Assembly (NCBI GenBank): GCA_022774645.1 | Contig: JALFKQ010000003.1 | Coordinates: forward strand, 1,854-65,853 | Direction of reading: 5' to 3' | Source: Mycoplasmatota bacterium | GTDB lineage: Bacteria > Bacillota_I > Bacilli_A > RF39 > UBA660 | Length of the DNA: 64,000 nt | In this document: positions 1 to 9,655 of the stretch, one piece after another | How positions within the stretch are numbered: the first letter of the stretch is position 1 | How the letters are laid out: every line of letters begins with the position of its first letter | The notes under the pieces: generated by a model | Told to the model about the DNA's origin: nothing | Databases searched by the model: none | Seen by the model: the letters and a program-made list of their open reading frames with translations, nothing else | Translations under genes and position numbers: made by a program

Positions 1-1141
1 TTTTACCAACTATAGCAACAGTATCTTTTGGTTCAATACTAAAATTAACACCTTTTAAAACTAAATCCTTATTATATTTAAAACTAACATTTTTAAATTC
101 AATCTTACCAGTTAAATTATTAACTCTCTTATTACCATACTTTTCTTTCTTATATTCAGTATGATCTATAACTTCAAATACTCTTTCAGCAGATAAAGCA
201 AATTCTTTTAATTGTCTTTCACTCCAAGCTAAATATAATACTGAAGTAAACAATCTATCTTTATACATAAATACAGCAATTAAAGAAGAAATTTTAATAA
301 TATCAAACTTAACAAAATATATTGATAATATTATTATTACTACAGTAAATATATTCACAATTGTTGATCTTAAAAAAGTATACCAATTATCAGCTTTATA
401 ACTTTTTATAGTGTCATCATATAATTCATCTAAATTACCACTAATTCTTGATTTAAAATGATCAACTATATTTAATAATTTAATATCATGTGAACCTCTA
501 ATTCCTTCATTAATTATTGATGTGTTTCTATCTCTTAACTTATTTCTTCTTTTCTTATATGCATTCCATTTATCCATAGCATATTTTTCAACTAAATAAA
601 CAGTAATAGTACCAAGAACAGTAACAACACCAAGTACAAAATTTATATAAAAAATATATATAAATACAAATACATTAGAAAGTATTCTAGATACATTACC
701 TCTAACAGCATTAAAAGCATTAACAATATTATTAGGATCTTCTGTTATTCTAGTTAAAAATACTCCACTAGAAGTTTTTAAAAGTTCTTTATTATCTATA
801 TCAAAATAAGCTGAAATTACATCTTTCTTTAAATTATTTGTAACAGTTTCTTGTACCTTAATATAAGCTCTCATAAAGAAAATATTATCAAGAAAATCCA
901 TAAATAATGCAATTCCTAAAATAAACACAGAATAACTAATAGCAGCATCTAATCTACCACTAGTCGAATAATCAAGTATTTTAGCTATTAAAGCTGGTGC
1001 AAATGAATTAAATATACTAATTATAATACTAAGTGATATTAATACAATAACAGCTTTCTTTTCCTTAGCAAAATACGGAACACACTTTTTAACATATTTC
1101 CACACACTAGTTTTTTTCTTATTTTTTACATCCTTTTTCAT
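1..1141 (-). CDS. ABC transporter permease/ATP-binding fusion (multidrug/lipid exporter type), 3' end beyond window
   Basis: Manual translation from ATG 1141: MKKDVKNKKK..., several TM segments, then GKIEFKNVSFKYNKDLVLKGVNFSIEPKDTVAIVGK (start of NBD/Walker A) at the window edge. Confidence 0.88.
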   Translation of the reverse strand, partial: MKKDVKNKKKTSVWKYVKKCVPYFAKEKKAVIVLISLSIIISIFNSFAPALIAKILDYSTSGRLDAAISYSVFILGIALFMDFLDNIFFMRAYIKVQETVTNNLKKDVISAYFDIDNKELLKTSSGVFLTRITEDPNNIVNAFNAVRGNVSRILSNVFVFIYIFYINFVLGVVTVLGTITVYLVEKYAMDKWNAYKKRRNKLRDRNTSIINEGIRGSHDIKLLNIVDHFKSRISGNLDELYDDTIKSYKADNWYTFLRSTIVNIFTVVIIILSIYFVKFDIIKISSLIAVFMYKDRLFTSVLYLAWSERQLKEFALSAERVFEVIDHTEYKKEKYGNKRVNNLTGKIEFKNVSFKYNKDLVLKGVNFSIEPKDTVAIVGK

Positions 1142-1171
1142 AATATGATTTTAACACATTTAACATATAAA

Positions 1172-1198
1172 AAACACATATTTTTAAAATATGTGTTT
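1172..1198 (-). terminator. Intrinsic terminator after der
   Basis: Inverted repeat aaacacatattt/aaatatgtgttt with T-tract on the minus strand. Confidence 0.65.
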
Positions 1199-1202
1199 CA
1201 TA

Positions 1203-2519
1203 TTATAATTCCTTTTCACCTTTATTTTTAAATTGTATAACAATAGGAGTACCACTAAAATCAATATTTTCTCTTATCTTATTTTCTAAATATCTATAAT
1301 ATGAGAAATGTACTAAACCTTTAGAGTTAACTTCAATATCAAATCTAGGTGGTTTAGTTCCAGATTGATGAGCAAAATATACTTTTAGTTTCTTTCCTTT
1401 GTATGATGCTGGTGGTGTTTCAATAAATGCATTTCTTATAACATCATTTATTATGCTTGTTTTAACTTCTTTAATAGAGTTTTCATAAGAAGCAAGAACC
1501 TCCGGCATAAGTGTATGGATTCTTTTTTTAGTTTGTGCACTTAAAAACACAACCTTAGCAAAATCCATAAATTGAAAATTATGTTTAATATCCTTTTTCC
1601 ATTCCTTCATAGATTCATCTTTTTCATCTATTGTATCCCATTTATTAACAACTATAACAACAGGTTTACCAGCTTCAAGAGCATATCCAGCTATATGTTT
1701 ATCATGCTCTACAATTCCAGTAGTTGCATCTAAAACAAGTAAACAAACATCGCTTCTATCTATAGCTTTCATACTTCTAAGTAAACTATACTTTTCAACA
1801 GCTTCAAATATTTTACCCTTCTTACGAAGACCAGCTGTATCTATCAATGTATATTCTTCTTTATTATAAGTAAACTTTGTATCAATAGCATCTCTAGTAG
1901 TACCAGCTACATTACTAACAATAACTCTTTCTTCATTAAGTAAAGCATTTACAAGGCTACTCTTACCTACATTAGGTCTTCCAATAACAGATATCTTAAT
2001 ATTTTCATCCTCATCTTCATAACCTGCTTCATAACCATCAGTAACAGTTTTTAATAATTCATTAACTCCACTTCCATGTTCAGCACTGATTGGAATATAT
2101 TCATCAAATCCTAAACTGTAAAATTCATAAATATTATCACTAGATAATTTATTATCCATTTTATTAACAGCTACTACTACTCTTTTATCTTGCTTTTTTA
2201 ACATATCTCTTATTAATAAATCACTAGTAGTAAGTCCATCTTTTCCATCTACAACAAAAATAATAGTATCAGCTTCATTAATACCAACTTCAACTTGTAT
2301 TCTTATTTCTTCATTAAACTCTCCTTCACTTAAATCAATACCACCTGTATCAATTAAATAAAAAGGTATATTTTTATAACTAGCTTGACTATATATTCTA
2401 TCTCTAGTAACACCAGGAATATCTTCGATAATAGCTACCTTTTTACCAACTATTCTATTAAAAAGTGTACTTTTCCCTGTATTAGGTCTACCAACTAAAC
2501 ATATTGTTTGCTTTGCCAT
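1203..2519 (-). CDS. der: Ribosome biogenesis GTPase Der/EngA
   Basis: Two G-domains (GRPNTGKS, GRPNVGKS; DTGG/DTAG; NKMD/NKWD) and a KH-like C-terminus. Confidence 0.98.
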   Translation of the reverse strand: MAKQTICLVGRPNTGKSTLFNRIVGKKVAIIEDIPGVTRDRIYSQASYKNIPFYLIDTGGIDLSEGEFNEEIRIQVEVGINEADTIIFVVDGKDGLTTSDLLIRDMLKKQDKRVVVAVNKMDNKLSSDNIYEFYSLGFDEYIPISAEHGSGVNELLKTVTDGYEAGYEDEDENIKISVIGRPNVGKSSLVNALLNEERVIVSNVAGTTRDAIDTKFTYNKEEYTLIDTAGLRKKGKIFEAVEKYSLLRSMKAIDRSDVCLLVLDATTGIVEHDKHIAGYALEAGKPVVIVVNKWDTIDEKDESMKEWKKDIKHNFQFMDFAKVVFLSAQTKKRIHTLMPEVLASYENSIKEVKTSIINDVIRNAFIETPPASYKGKKLKVYFAHQSGTKPPRFDIEVNSKGLVHFSYYRYLENKIRENIDFSGTPIVIQFKNKGEKEL

Positions 2520-2609
2520 TCCCCTTCACCTCGAATACATTATACTAAAAAAGTTAAAAGATTTCTAGTATAAAGAAAAAAGACTAGGAATTCTAGTCAA
2601 TTATAAATA

Positions 2610-3839
2610 TTAAACTATAACAGTAATTCTCATAGTATCAGGATATTTAGTAATATCTTGTGTAAAATCAGAATTAATTACAGTTGAAGGTACAAAAACA
2701 GTATCTATAGTACGATTTTCAAACATATTATTTAAAATAGAACCATCAGGTATATCAGAAATAAAATACACATATTGAGTAGTACTATTAGCAAACATAT
2801 AACTCATATCAACTATATCATAAAAAGAAAAATTAGTTACATTGATGTCACTTGCAGCAGATCCATAAAACATATAACTCATATCAGTGACATTATGTGT
2901 ATCAAAATATGTAAGATATAATTTATCAGTATATTTTGAATTATAAAACATATATGACATATCTATTACTTTACTTGTATTGAAAACTAGAGAACTAATA
3001 TCAGTAAACGAAGTATTACAAAACATACAATTCATATCAGTAACATTACTTGTATCGAACTCTTTATAACTAATACTAATTGCTTTACTATTAGCAAACA
3101 TAGCTGATGTAGATACTATTGGTTTATCATTAATAGAAGAACATATCTCACTTGTTACAGGAGCAGTACTATCTTTATCTGTTAATATTACTGACCAGCC
3201 ATCATCACTAAATGATTTTAGTTGATAACTATCCTCATCAACATTATAATAATTATACATTTTATAAATATATGTGTATTGACCATAACTATATGTAGCT
3301 CCAGCAACTAAGTTTCCTGTAAATACACAAGCATCAGGAACAACCTCAGTTATTTGCATATATCCACCACTTAGAACAATACTGTTTAAATCATTATAAT
3401 CATAACCACCAAATACTTTGAATGTAAACTTTAAAGCAGCACTGCTGTTATTAGTTATTCTAAGTTTAATTGATTTATTACCATTAGAAGTAATAGAACC
3501 ACTAGGAGTACTATAAGAAGTATCATCATAATAATATATAGAATAATTAGAATTATTATTATCAATTATATAACCTAATTTATATTTAGTAATTATTTCA
3601 TTCTTTGATGATATTAAAAGAGTTATATCACTCGTACCATTAGGAATAGACACAAAATTAGTATTATTACCATTAATATTAATCGTATAACTTAACTCCC
3701 CAACATACATTTCAGCTACTTTGTGATTGTTAGACAAAACAAAAAAGTTAGAATAAGAAAAATTAAGAATAATTCCTATTAAACAAATCAATACTAAAAC
3801 AAACATCTTGTTTTTAAATATATAATCTATTTTATTCAT
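2610..3839 (-). CDS. Surface protein: SipW/TasA-like signal region plus DUF285 (BspA-like) repeats
   Basis: N-terminal hydrophobic helix ending FSYSNF; C-terminal repeats FDTSNVTDMxxMF. Confidence 0.8.
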   Translation of the reverse strand: MNKIDYIFKNKMFVLVLICLIGIILNFSYSNFFVLSNNHKVAEMYVGELSYTININGNNTNFVSIPNGTSDITLLISSKNEIITKYKLGYIIDNNNSNYSIYYYDDTSYSTPSGSITSNGNKSIKLRITNNSSAALKFTFKVFGGYDYNDLNSIVLSGGYMQITEVVPDACVFTGNLVAGATYSYGQYTYIYKMYNYYNVDEDSYQLKSFSDDGWSVILTDKDSTAPVTSEICSSINDKPIVSTSAMFANSKAISISYKEFDTSNVTDMNCMFCNTSFTDISSLVFNTSKVIDMSYMFYNSKYTDKLYLTYFDTHNVTDMSYMFYGSAASDINVTNFSFYDIVDMSYMFANSTTQYVYFISDIPDGSILNNMFENRTIDTVFVPSTVINSDFTQDITKYPDTMRITVIV

Positions 3840-3936
3840 ACATTACATTATATCACAATTTATTTTTTATTCACAAGTTATTAAATCAATTTTTTATTTA
3901 TTTGATATAGAATTAAATTTATTATATAATTAATTA

Positions 3937-4590
3937 GTGATTTATATGAAGAAGTTATTAAAAAAGTTAGAAATCAAACCTATTATTACTACAATATGCT
4001 TAGTAATATTTCAATCTATATTGTATTTCGTATCAAAACTATTACAAGGAGATCTGAATTTAGTTGGTAATGTAATAGATACTAAAATACCATTTCTACC
4101 AGCATTTTTTATACCATATTGTATATGGTATTTAATGATATTCATAATACCATACTATTTATATTGTAAAGATAAAAATAAATTCGTAAAATATACAATT
4201 TCATATATATTATGTTCTATGGTTGGTAATATAGTTTTTATAACATACCCATCAACAGTAACAAGACCAGAAGTAACAGGAACAGATATATTTTCTATGA
4301 TAGCAAAATTAATTTATTGGATAGATACCCCAGTTAATTGTTTTCCATCACTACATTGTGCTATAAGTATGTTATTTATTTTATATGTATGTGAAGGCAA
4401 AAATACTACTACTTTAACTAAAATGTCAGTAATAATAATTTCAATATTAATAATGTTATCTACACTTTTTACTAAACAACATGTAGTATCAGACTTAATA
4501 AGTGGAGATATACTTGCAATAATAATATATTTCATAGTTAAACCTACAAAGAAACTTCCAAACTATATTAAAAATAAATTAAATATATAA
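3937..4590 (+). CDS. PAP2-family membrane phosphatase / phosphoesterase
   Basis: Multi-TM protein with NCFPSLH and KQHxxxD motifs; ATG 3946 is an alternative start. Confidence 0.85.
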   Translation: MIYMKKLLKKLEIKPIITTICLVIFQSILYFVSKLLQGDLNLVGNVIDTKIPFLPAFFIPYCIWYLMIFIIPYYLYCKDKNKFVKYTISYILCSMVGNIVFITYPSTVTRPEVTGTDIFSMIAKLIYWIDTPVNCFPSLHCAISMLFILYVCEGKNTTTLTKMSVIIISILIMLSTLFTKQHVVSDLISGDILAIIIYFIVKPTKKLPNYIKNKLNI

Positions 4591-4596
4591 AAACAG

Positions 4597-4625
4597 TTTA
4601 CAATCAAATGTTTGTATGCTATTAT
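4597..4625 (+). promoter_or_regulatory. sigma-A promoter of lexA with a degenerate SOS box in the spacer
   Basis: TTTACA-17-TATTAT with extended TG; CAATCAAATGTTTG (4601-4614) versus Firmicute consensus CGAACN4GTTYG, 2 mismatches. Confidence 0.55.
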
Positions 4626-4648
4626 TTAGGTATTAAGTGGAGGAATAT

Positions 4649-5266
4649 ATGGAAAAATTAACATCTAAACAAGAAAAGATATTGGATACAATAAAAAGAT
4701 TCATAGCAGAAAAAGGATATGCACCTACAATTCGTGAATTATGTAAATTATGTAATTTAAACAGTACTGCAACTATGTTTGTTCATTTAAAAAATCTTAC
4801 TAAAAAAGGATATATTAGTCAAACTGAAAGTAAGTTTAGAACAATTGAATTAACTGTTCCAAATGAATATATTAAAAACGATGACTCAGTTGTTAATGTT
4901 CCGCTACTTGGAAAAGTAGCTGCTGGTAATCCTATTGAAGCAATTGAAAATCCAAATGAATATTTCTCACTACCAAAAGAACTAATACCAATGAATCATG
5001 ATGTATTCACATTAGAAGTAAGTGGTGACTCAATGATTAACATAGGAATATTTGATGGAGATATAGTTATTGTTAAAAAGGAAAGAACTGCAAATAATGG
5101 TGAAATTGTAGTTGCAATGACAGATGAAAATGAAGTAACACTTAAAAGATTTTATAAAGAAAAAGATCATATAAAACTACAACCTGAAAATGATTATTTG
5201 GAACCAATAATATTAAATAATGTAACTATTCTTGGTAAAGCAATTGGTCTTTATAGAAAGATATAA
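4649..5266 (+). CDS. lexA: SOS repressor LexA
   Basis: wHTH (PTIRELC), VAAG cleavage site, GDSM catalytic Ser, TLKR catalytic Lys; GGAGG RBS before ATG 4649. Confidence 0.97.
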   Translation: MEKLTSKQEKILDTIKRFIAEKGYAPTIRELCKLCNLNSTATMFVHLKNLTKKGYISQTESKFRTIELTVPNEYIKNDDSVVNVPLLGKVAAGNPIEAIENPNEYFSLPKELIPMNHDVFTLEVSGDSMINIGIFDGDIVIVKKERTANNGEIVVAMTDENEVTLKRFYKEKDHIKLQPENDYLEPIILNNVTILGKAIGLYRKI

Positions 5267-5292
5267 AAAAACTGATTTATTAAATCAGTTTT
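5267..5292. terminator. Bidirectional terminator between lexA and the rhomboid gene
   Basis: aaaactgattta/taaatcagtttt inverted repeat between convergent genes. Confidence 0.8.
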
Positions 5293-6424
5293 ATTTTGTC
5301 ATAATCATATATATTAAGAATATAAACATAAGAATTAATACTATGAAACCATTAATTTGATCATTCTTTCTATATTTATCACCTATTCCAAGTCCCATTG
5401 AAACAAGTATTCCACCAAGAAGTCCTCCAATATGAGCAACTAAATCAACAGATGGTAACATAAATCCAATAATTAAATTAATAACAATTACTGGTACAAT
5501 ACTTTCTCTTAGTATACCTTGTAATGTAGCTCGATAATAATAAGTAAAATAACAGATACTACCAAGAAGACCAAAGATAGCCCCACTTGCTCCTATACTT
5601 ATACTACCAGCACTCATAAATACAGAAGAAAATACACTACCTAAAAGACCACTTACTAAATATATAAATATATATTTACTCTTTCCATAATATCTTTCAA
5701 CAACAGGTCCAATAGTATATAAAGCATACATATTAAGAAGTAAATGCATAATACTTCCATGAACGAACATACAAGTAAGTAATCTATAAAATTGACCTTT
5801 TTGAACAAGTTCATAATTATTACCAAATATATTAATTAATTCATCATTACTATGTAACATACCATATAAGAAAACCATTAAATTAAGAACAATTATTATA
5901 TAAGTAACAATTGGCTTTTTAGGACTAAATATCTTAGCCAATTTCTTTTCATTTTTTATAGTCTTTTGATTCATATCTTCTGTTAATTTAAAGAATTCAA
6001 CTGGATCAACTTCATCAGTTAAAGTAGTATCACTAACCTTAGGAAAAAATTCCTTAACAACTTTATTCTTCTTAAAATCTTCAAGATCCCCTACTTTAAT
6101 AGTTTCAATATTTTTATTATCAATTATATTTACATTTTCACCAGTATCTAATAATAAATTTAAAGTAGTCATTTTTAATGATAAAGTATTTCTTTTAATA
6201 CTTTTCATTATTGTTTTAACTTTAAATATATCACTTTTAAATTGCTCTTCATTATGTATATAATTTGTATTTATTCTTATAAGTTTAAGATCATTTTCCA
6301 TATTTTCTAGCCATATTTCATTTTCAAGACCATTTATAATAACAGGTTTATAATCTTCTTCTGTAATAAAGTAATGTAATATTTTTAATATGACATCATC
6401 TTTTTTATTTATTTTAATATTCAT
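5291..6424 (-). CDS. Rhomboid intramembrane serine protease (GluP/YqgP-like)
   Basis: HLLLNM, GASG and AHIGG motifs; soluble N-terminal domain; AAAGGAG RBS before ATG 6424. Confidence 0.93.
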   Translation of the reverse strand: MNIKINKKDDVILKILHYFITEEDYKPVIINGLENEIWLENMENDLKLIRINTNYIHNEEQFKSDIFKVKTIMKSIKRNTLSLKMTTLNLLLDTGENVNIIDNKNIETIKVGDLEDFKKNKVVKEFFPKVSDTTLTDEVDPVEFFKLTEDMNQKTIKNEKKLAKIFSPKKPIVTYIIIVLNLMVFLYGMLHSNDELINIFGNNYELVQKGQFYRLLTCMFVHGSIMHLLLNMYALYTIGPVVERYYGKSKYIFIYLVSGLLGSVFSSVFMSAGSISIGASGAIFGLLGSICYFTYYYRATLQGILRESIVPVIVINLIIGFMLPSVDLVAHIGGLLGGILVSMGLGIGDKYRKNDQINGFIVLILMFIFLIYMIMTK

Positions 6425-6484
6425 TGTAACTCCTTTCAGTTTCAATAATAATATTTTACTATTAAACATAAAATTAGTAAAGAG

Positions 6485-6961
6485 GTGATAAAAATTAAAA
6501 AACATCTAAAAGATATTTTATTATTCATTATAATACTATTTTTATGGCTTTTAAGCGGTTTATTATTTAAATATAATAAAGAATATTATGAACTATTAAA
6601 ACTGCCATCATTTGTCTTAAATGGTAAAGTAATAAGCATCATTTGGTTTATCATTTATATACTAAATACAATAAGTATAATAATATTATCTAAAAAAACA
6701 AATATATTCAAAAATAGAGATTATTTGTATATATTACTTACTAATTACTTAGCAAACGAATTATTTATGTATTTCTTCTTCTATTTAATGAGTCCATTCT
6801 TAGGATTTGCAATTACAACTGTAGTAGCTTTAAGTACAATATTCTTATTTATAGAAACAAAAAAGATTTCTAAAAAATCTTCTTATTTCTTAATACCATA
6901 TATTATTTATAGTATATATGCTTTTATATTAATGAGTAGTGTTTATTTTATGAATTTCTAA
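6485..6961 (+). CDS. TspO/MBR-family membrane protein
   Basis: 5 TM segments, YELLKLPSF...IWFIIY and LIPY motifs. Confidence 0.75.
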   Translation: MIKIKKHLKDILLFIIILFLWLLSGLLFKYNKEYYELLKLPSFVLNGKVISIIWFIIYILNTISIIILSKKTNIFKNRDYLYILLTNYLANELFMYFFFYLMSPFLGFAITTVVALSTIFLFIETKKISKKSSYFLIPYIIYSIYAFILMSSVYFMNF

Positions 6962-7847
6962 ATTGATCTAATATATCATTAAATTCTTTCTCTGGTTCAG
7001 CAGTAAATTCCATAAACTTTCCTGTTATTGGATGATTAAAACCTAAATATTCTGCATGTAACATTTGACCATAATCATTAATTAATTTCTTTTTACCATA
7101 CATAGGATCATTAACAACAGGATGTCCAATATAATCCATATGAACTCTTATTTGATGAGTTCTTCCTGTTTCAAGAACACACTCAACAAGAGTTGCATTA
7201 TTAAATCTTTCAAGAACAGTAAAATTAGTAACTGCATTCTTACTATTAATATCAGTAACTGCCATCTTTTTTCTATCAAGTTTACTTCTACCTATTGGAG
7301 CATTTATTTTACCCTTAGATTCATCTATAATTCCCCATACAAGAGCAATATATTTTCTCTTAATAGTTTTATTCTTAAAATCTTCACTAAGTATTCTATG
7401 TGCTTTATTTGTTTTAGCAATTAATAATATACCAGATGTATCTTTATCAATTCTATGAACTATACCACATCTTTCACTTCCACCTTCATCACTTAGTTCA
7501 TCAGTATGATACATTAAAGCATTAACAAGAGTTTTAGAATAATTTCCATTTCCAGGATGAACTACCATGCCACTTTTCTTATTAACAACAATAATATCAT
7601 CATCTTCATATAAGATATTAATATCAATATCTTCCGCCTTAACAGAAGTATCAACAGTTAAATCTTTTACTTTAATAATATCTCCTTCTTTTAAACTATA
7701 TCCACCTTTAACAACATTATCATTAACAGTTATATTACCATTTTTAATATTCTTCAAAATAAAATTTCTACTCTCATTAAGATTAGATACCAAAAAAACA
7801 TCTAATCTTTTTAATTCATCTTCTTTTGCTACTACTAATTCTTTCAT
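6948..7847 (-). CDS. rluD: RluA/RluD 23S rRNA pseudouridine synthase
   Basis: S4 domain, HRIDKDTSG and GRTHQIRVH motifs; downstream of lspA. Confidence 0.95.
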   Translation of the reverse strand: MKELVVAKEDELKRLDVFLVSNLNESRNFILKNIKNGNITVNDNVVKGGYSLKEGDIIKVKDLTVDTSVKAEDIDINILYEDDDIIVVNKKSGMVVHPGNGNYSKTLVNALMYHTDELSDEGGSERCGIVHRIDKDTSGILLIAKTNKAHRILSEDFKNKTIKRKYIALVWGIIDESKGKINAPIGRSKLDRKKMAVTDINSKNAVTNFTVLERFNNATLVECVLETGRTHQIRVHMDYIGHPVVNDPMYGKKKLINDYGQMLHAEYLGFNHPITGKFMEFTAEPEKEFNDILDQFRNS

Positions 7848-8304
7848 TTTTACCTTCCTTTATAACAATATAAATAAGTAATACAACACCAATAGTTATA
7901 TATGTATCAGCTAAATTAAACACTGACATCTCTCTATTAAATAAAGTAAAAGATATATAATCAACTACATAACCTCTTACTACTCTATCTATTAAATTAC
8001 CAAGTGCTCCACTTAATATTAAACTAAATGATAATAATGATAAATTATTATTAATATTCTTTTTCATTTCATTAACAATATAAAAAATAAGTAACACTGT
8101 AATAAATATAAGAAATATTATATTACCACTTAATATACCAAAAGCTGCTCCAGTATTTCTAATATAAATAAACTTTAAAAAATTATCAATTATTATTTTT
8201 TCTGAACCAATACTAATATTACTAACAACTAAATATTTAATAATTTGATCAATAATAGTAAGTATTAAAATAACAATCAATATAAATAAACTTTTCTTTT
8301 TCAT
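7816..8304 (-). CDS. lspA: Lipoprotein signal peptidase II
   Basis: NTGAAFG, GNLIDR, VVDY and FNLAD motifs. Confidence 0.97.
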   Translation of the reverse strand: MKKKSLFILIVILILTIIDQIIKYLVVSNISIGSEKIIIDNFLKFIYIRNTGAAFGILSGNIIFLIFITVLLIFYIVNEMKKNINNNLSLLSFSLILSGALGNLIDRVVRGYVVDYISFTLFNREMSVFNLADTYITIGVVLLIYIVIKEGKNERISSSKRR

Positions 8305-8325
8305 ATATGAATTATAACATAATTA

Positions 8326-8556
8326 TTAAGATATATCTATTAATATTACATCTTCTCCCATTTTCTTAATTTGACTAAATTTAATAACAATTTCATCAGT
8401 ATTTGAAAATATATTTCTTACAAAATGAGTCTTTTCAATAACAAATTTAATCATATAACCACTTGATTCATCAAAATAAACATCGATGATTTTACCTATC
8501 TTTTTACCATCTTTTATATTAACAATATCCTTTTTTTGAAGTTCTGATAATTTCAT
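8326..8556 (-). CDS. ylmC: YlmC/YmxH PRC-barrel sporulation protein
   Basis: MKLSELQKKDIVNIKDGKKIG...IKKMGEDVILI; follows sigG. Confidence 0.92.
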   Translation of the reverse strand: MKLSELQKKDIVNIKDGKKIGKIIDVYFDESSGYMIKFVIEKTHFVRNIFSNTDEIVIKFSQIKKMGEDVILIDIS

Positions 8557-8567
8557 ATTAAATTATA

Positions 8568-9338
8568 TTACATTATTAATTTTTTAACACTATTTATCGC
8601 ACTATTTTCTATTCTAGAAACCTGAGCTTGACTTATAGAAAGTTCATCAGCAATCTCACTTTGACTCATACCATAATAATATCTTTTCATTATTACTACT
8701 CTTTCTTTATCTTTTATTTTGTTAAGAGCCTCTCTTAATGATAATAATTTATCTAAATCCTTATTAGTTTTGTCTTCTAATTGATCCAGTAAATATATAG
8801 TATCACCACCATCATTATAAATAGGTTCAAATATACTCATAGGTTCACTAAGAGAACTAAGTGCTACATAAAGTTCATAATCATTAATATTAAAATGTTT
8901 ACATATTTCTTCATTAGATGGATAAACAGAATTATTATGCATACACTCTTCCTTATAATTAATAATTTGATAAGCCAAATCTTTAATACTTCTAGATATT
9001 CTAACTTGATTATTATCTCTTATATATCTTTTAATTTCTCCTTCAATCATAAAAACCGCATAAGTACTAAATCTTACATTAAAAGATAAATCAAAATTAT
9101 CAACAGCTTTTATAAGACCTACAACACCTATTTGAAATAAATCATCCAAATTATCACATTTATTCTGATATCTCTTTAAAATACTTAAAACAAGCTTCAA
9201 ATTACCCTCTATAAGTAACTTCTTACTTTCATTATCACCCTTCTTATAACTTTTAAATAATAAAATCATTTCTTCATGAGTAAGACTTCTAAGCATACTA
9301 GTATTAATACCTGTAATTTCAACTTTACTTTTTGCCAT
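8568..9338 (-). CDS. sigG: Late forespore sigma factor sigma-G
   Basis: KVEITGINTS N-terminus, DDLFQIGVVGL, SQAQVSRIE. Confidence 0.95.
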   Translation of the reverse strand: MAKSKVEITGINTSMLRSLTHEEMILLFKSYKKGDNESKKLLIEGNLKLVLSILKRYQNKCDNLDDLFQIGVVGLIKAVDNFDLSFNVRFSTYAVFMIEGEIKRYIRDNNQVRISRSIKDLAYQIINYKEECMHNNSVYPSNEEICKHFNINDYELYVALSSLSEPMSIFEPIYNDGGDTIYLLDQLEDKTNKDLDKLLSLREALNKIKDKERVVIMKRYYYGMSQSEIADELSISQAQVSRIENSAINSVKKLIM

Positions 9339-9342
9339 AAAA

Positions 9343-9386
9343 AATTCCTTTCAACTTATATTGAAAGGAATTATTATTTTTTATTC
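9343..9386 (-). promoter_or_regulatory. sigG promoter (sigma-F/G type) overlapping a 12-bp hairpin that covers the RBS
   Basis: GAATA-N18-CAATATA; perfect inverted repeat aattcctttcaa/ttgaaaggaatt at 9343-9372. Confidence 0.65.
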
Positions 9387-9392
9387 AAAAAC

Positions 9393-9635
9393 TTAATCTA
9401 ATTTAATATTTTTAGCAAGTACTTCCAAGACAGTTTTATCAGTAACCTCTTTTACAAAGAACTTTCCTTCTTTTTCTACTTTCTCTAAAAATGCAAACTC
9501 ATTAGTAAAGTCTTCTCCATCAGGAGTAGTTAAAGCAGCTAAGAAATATGTTACACCTTTATAAGATGCTTGTCTTAAAACAAAATATTGTTTTCCGTTT
9601 TTTAGTGTTAAAATTTGATTAGTTAAATTATTCAT
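9393..9635 (-). CDS. Small hypothetical protein (80 aa)
   Basis: Strong AAGGAGG RBS; typical codon usage. Confidence 0.75.
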   Translation of the reverse strand: MNNLTNQILTLKNGKQYFVLRQASYKGVTYFLAALTTPDGEDFTNEFAFLEKVEKEGKFFVKEVTDKTVLEVLAKNIKLD

Positions 9636-9655
9636 TCTTTTTTCCTCCTTATCAA

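Noticed and set aside
6440-6475. sigma-E-like promoter (CATAAAAT) before the TspO gene
   Set aside because: The -35 element is ambiguous in very AT-rich DNA, so support is too weak
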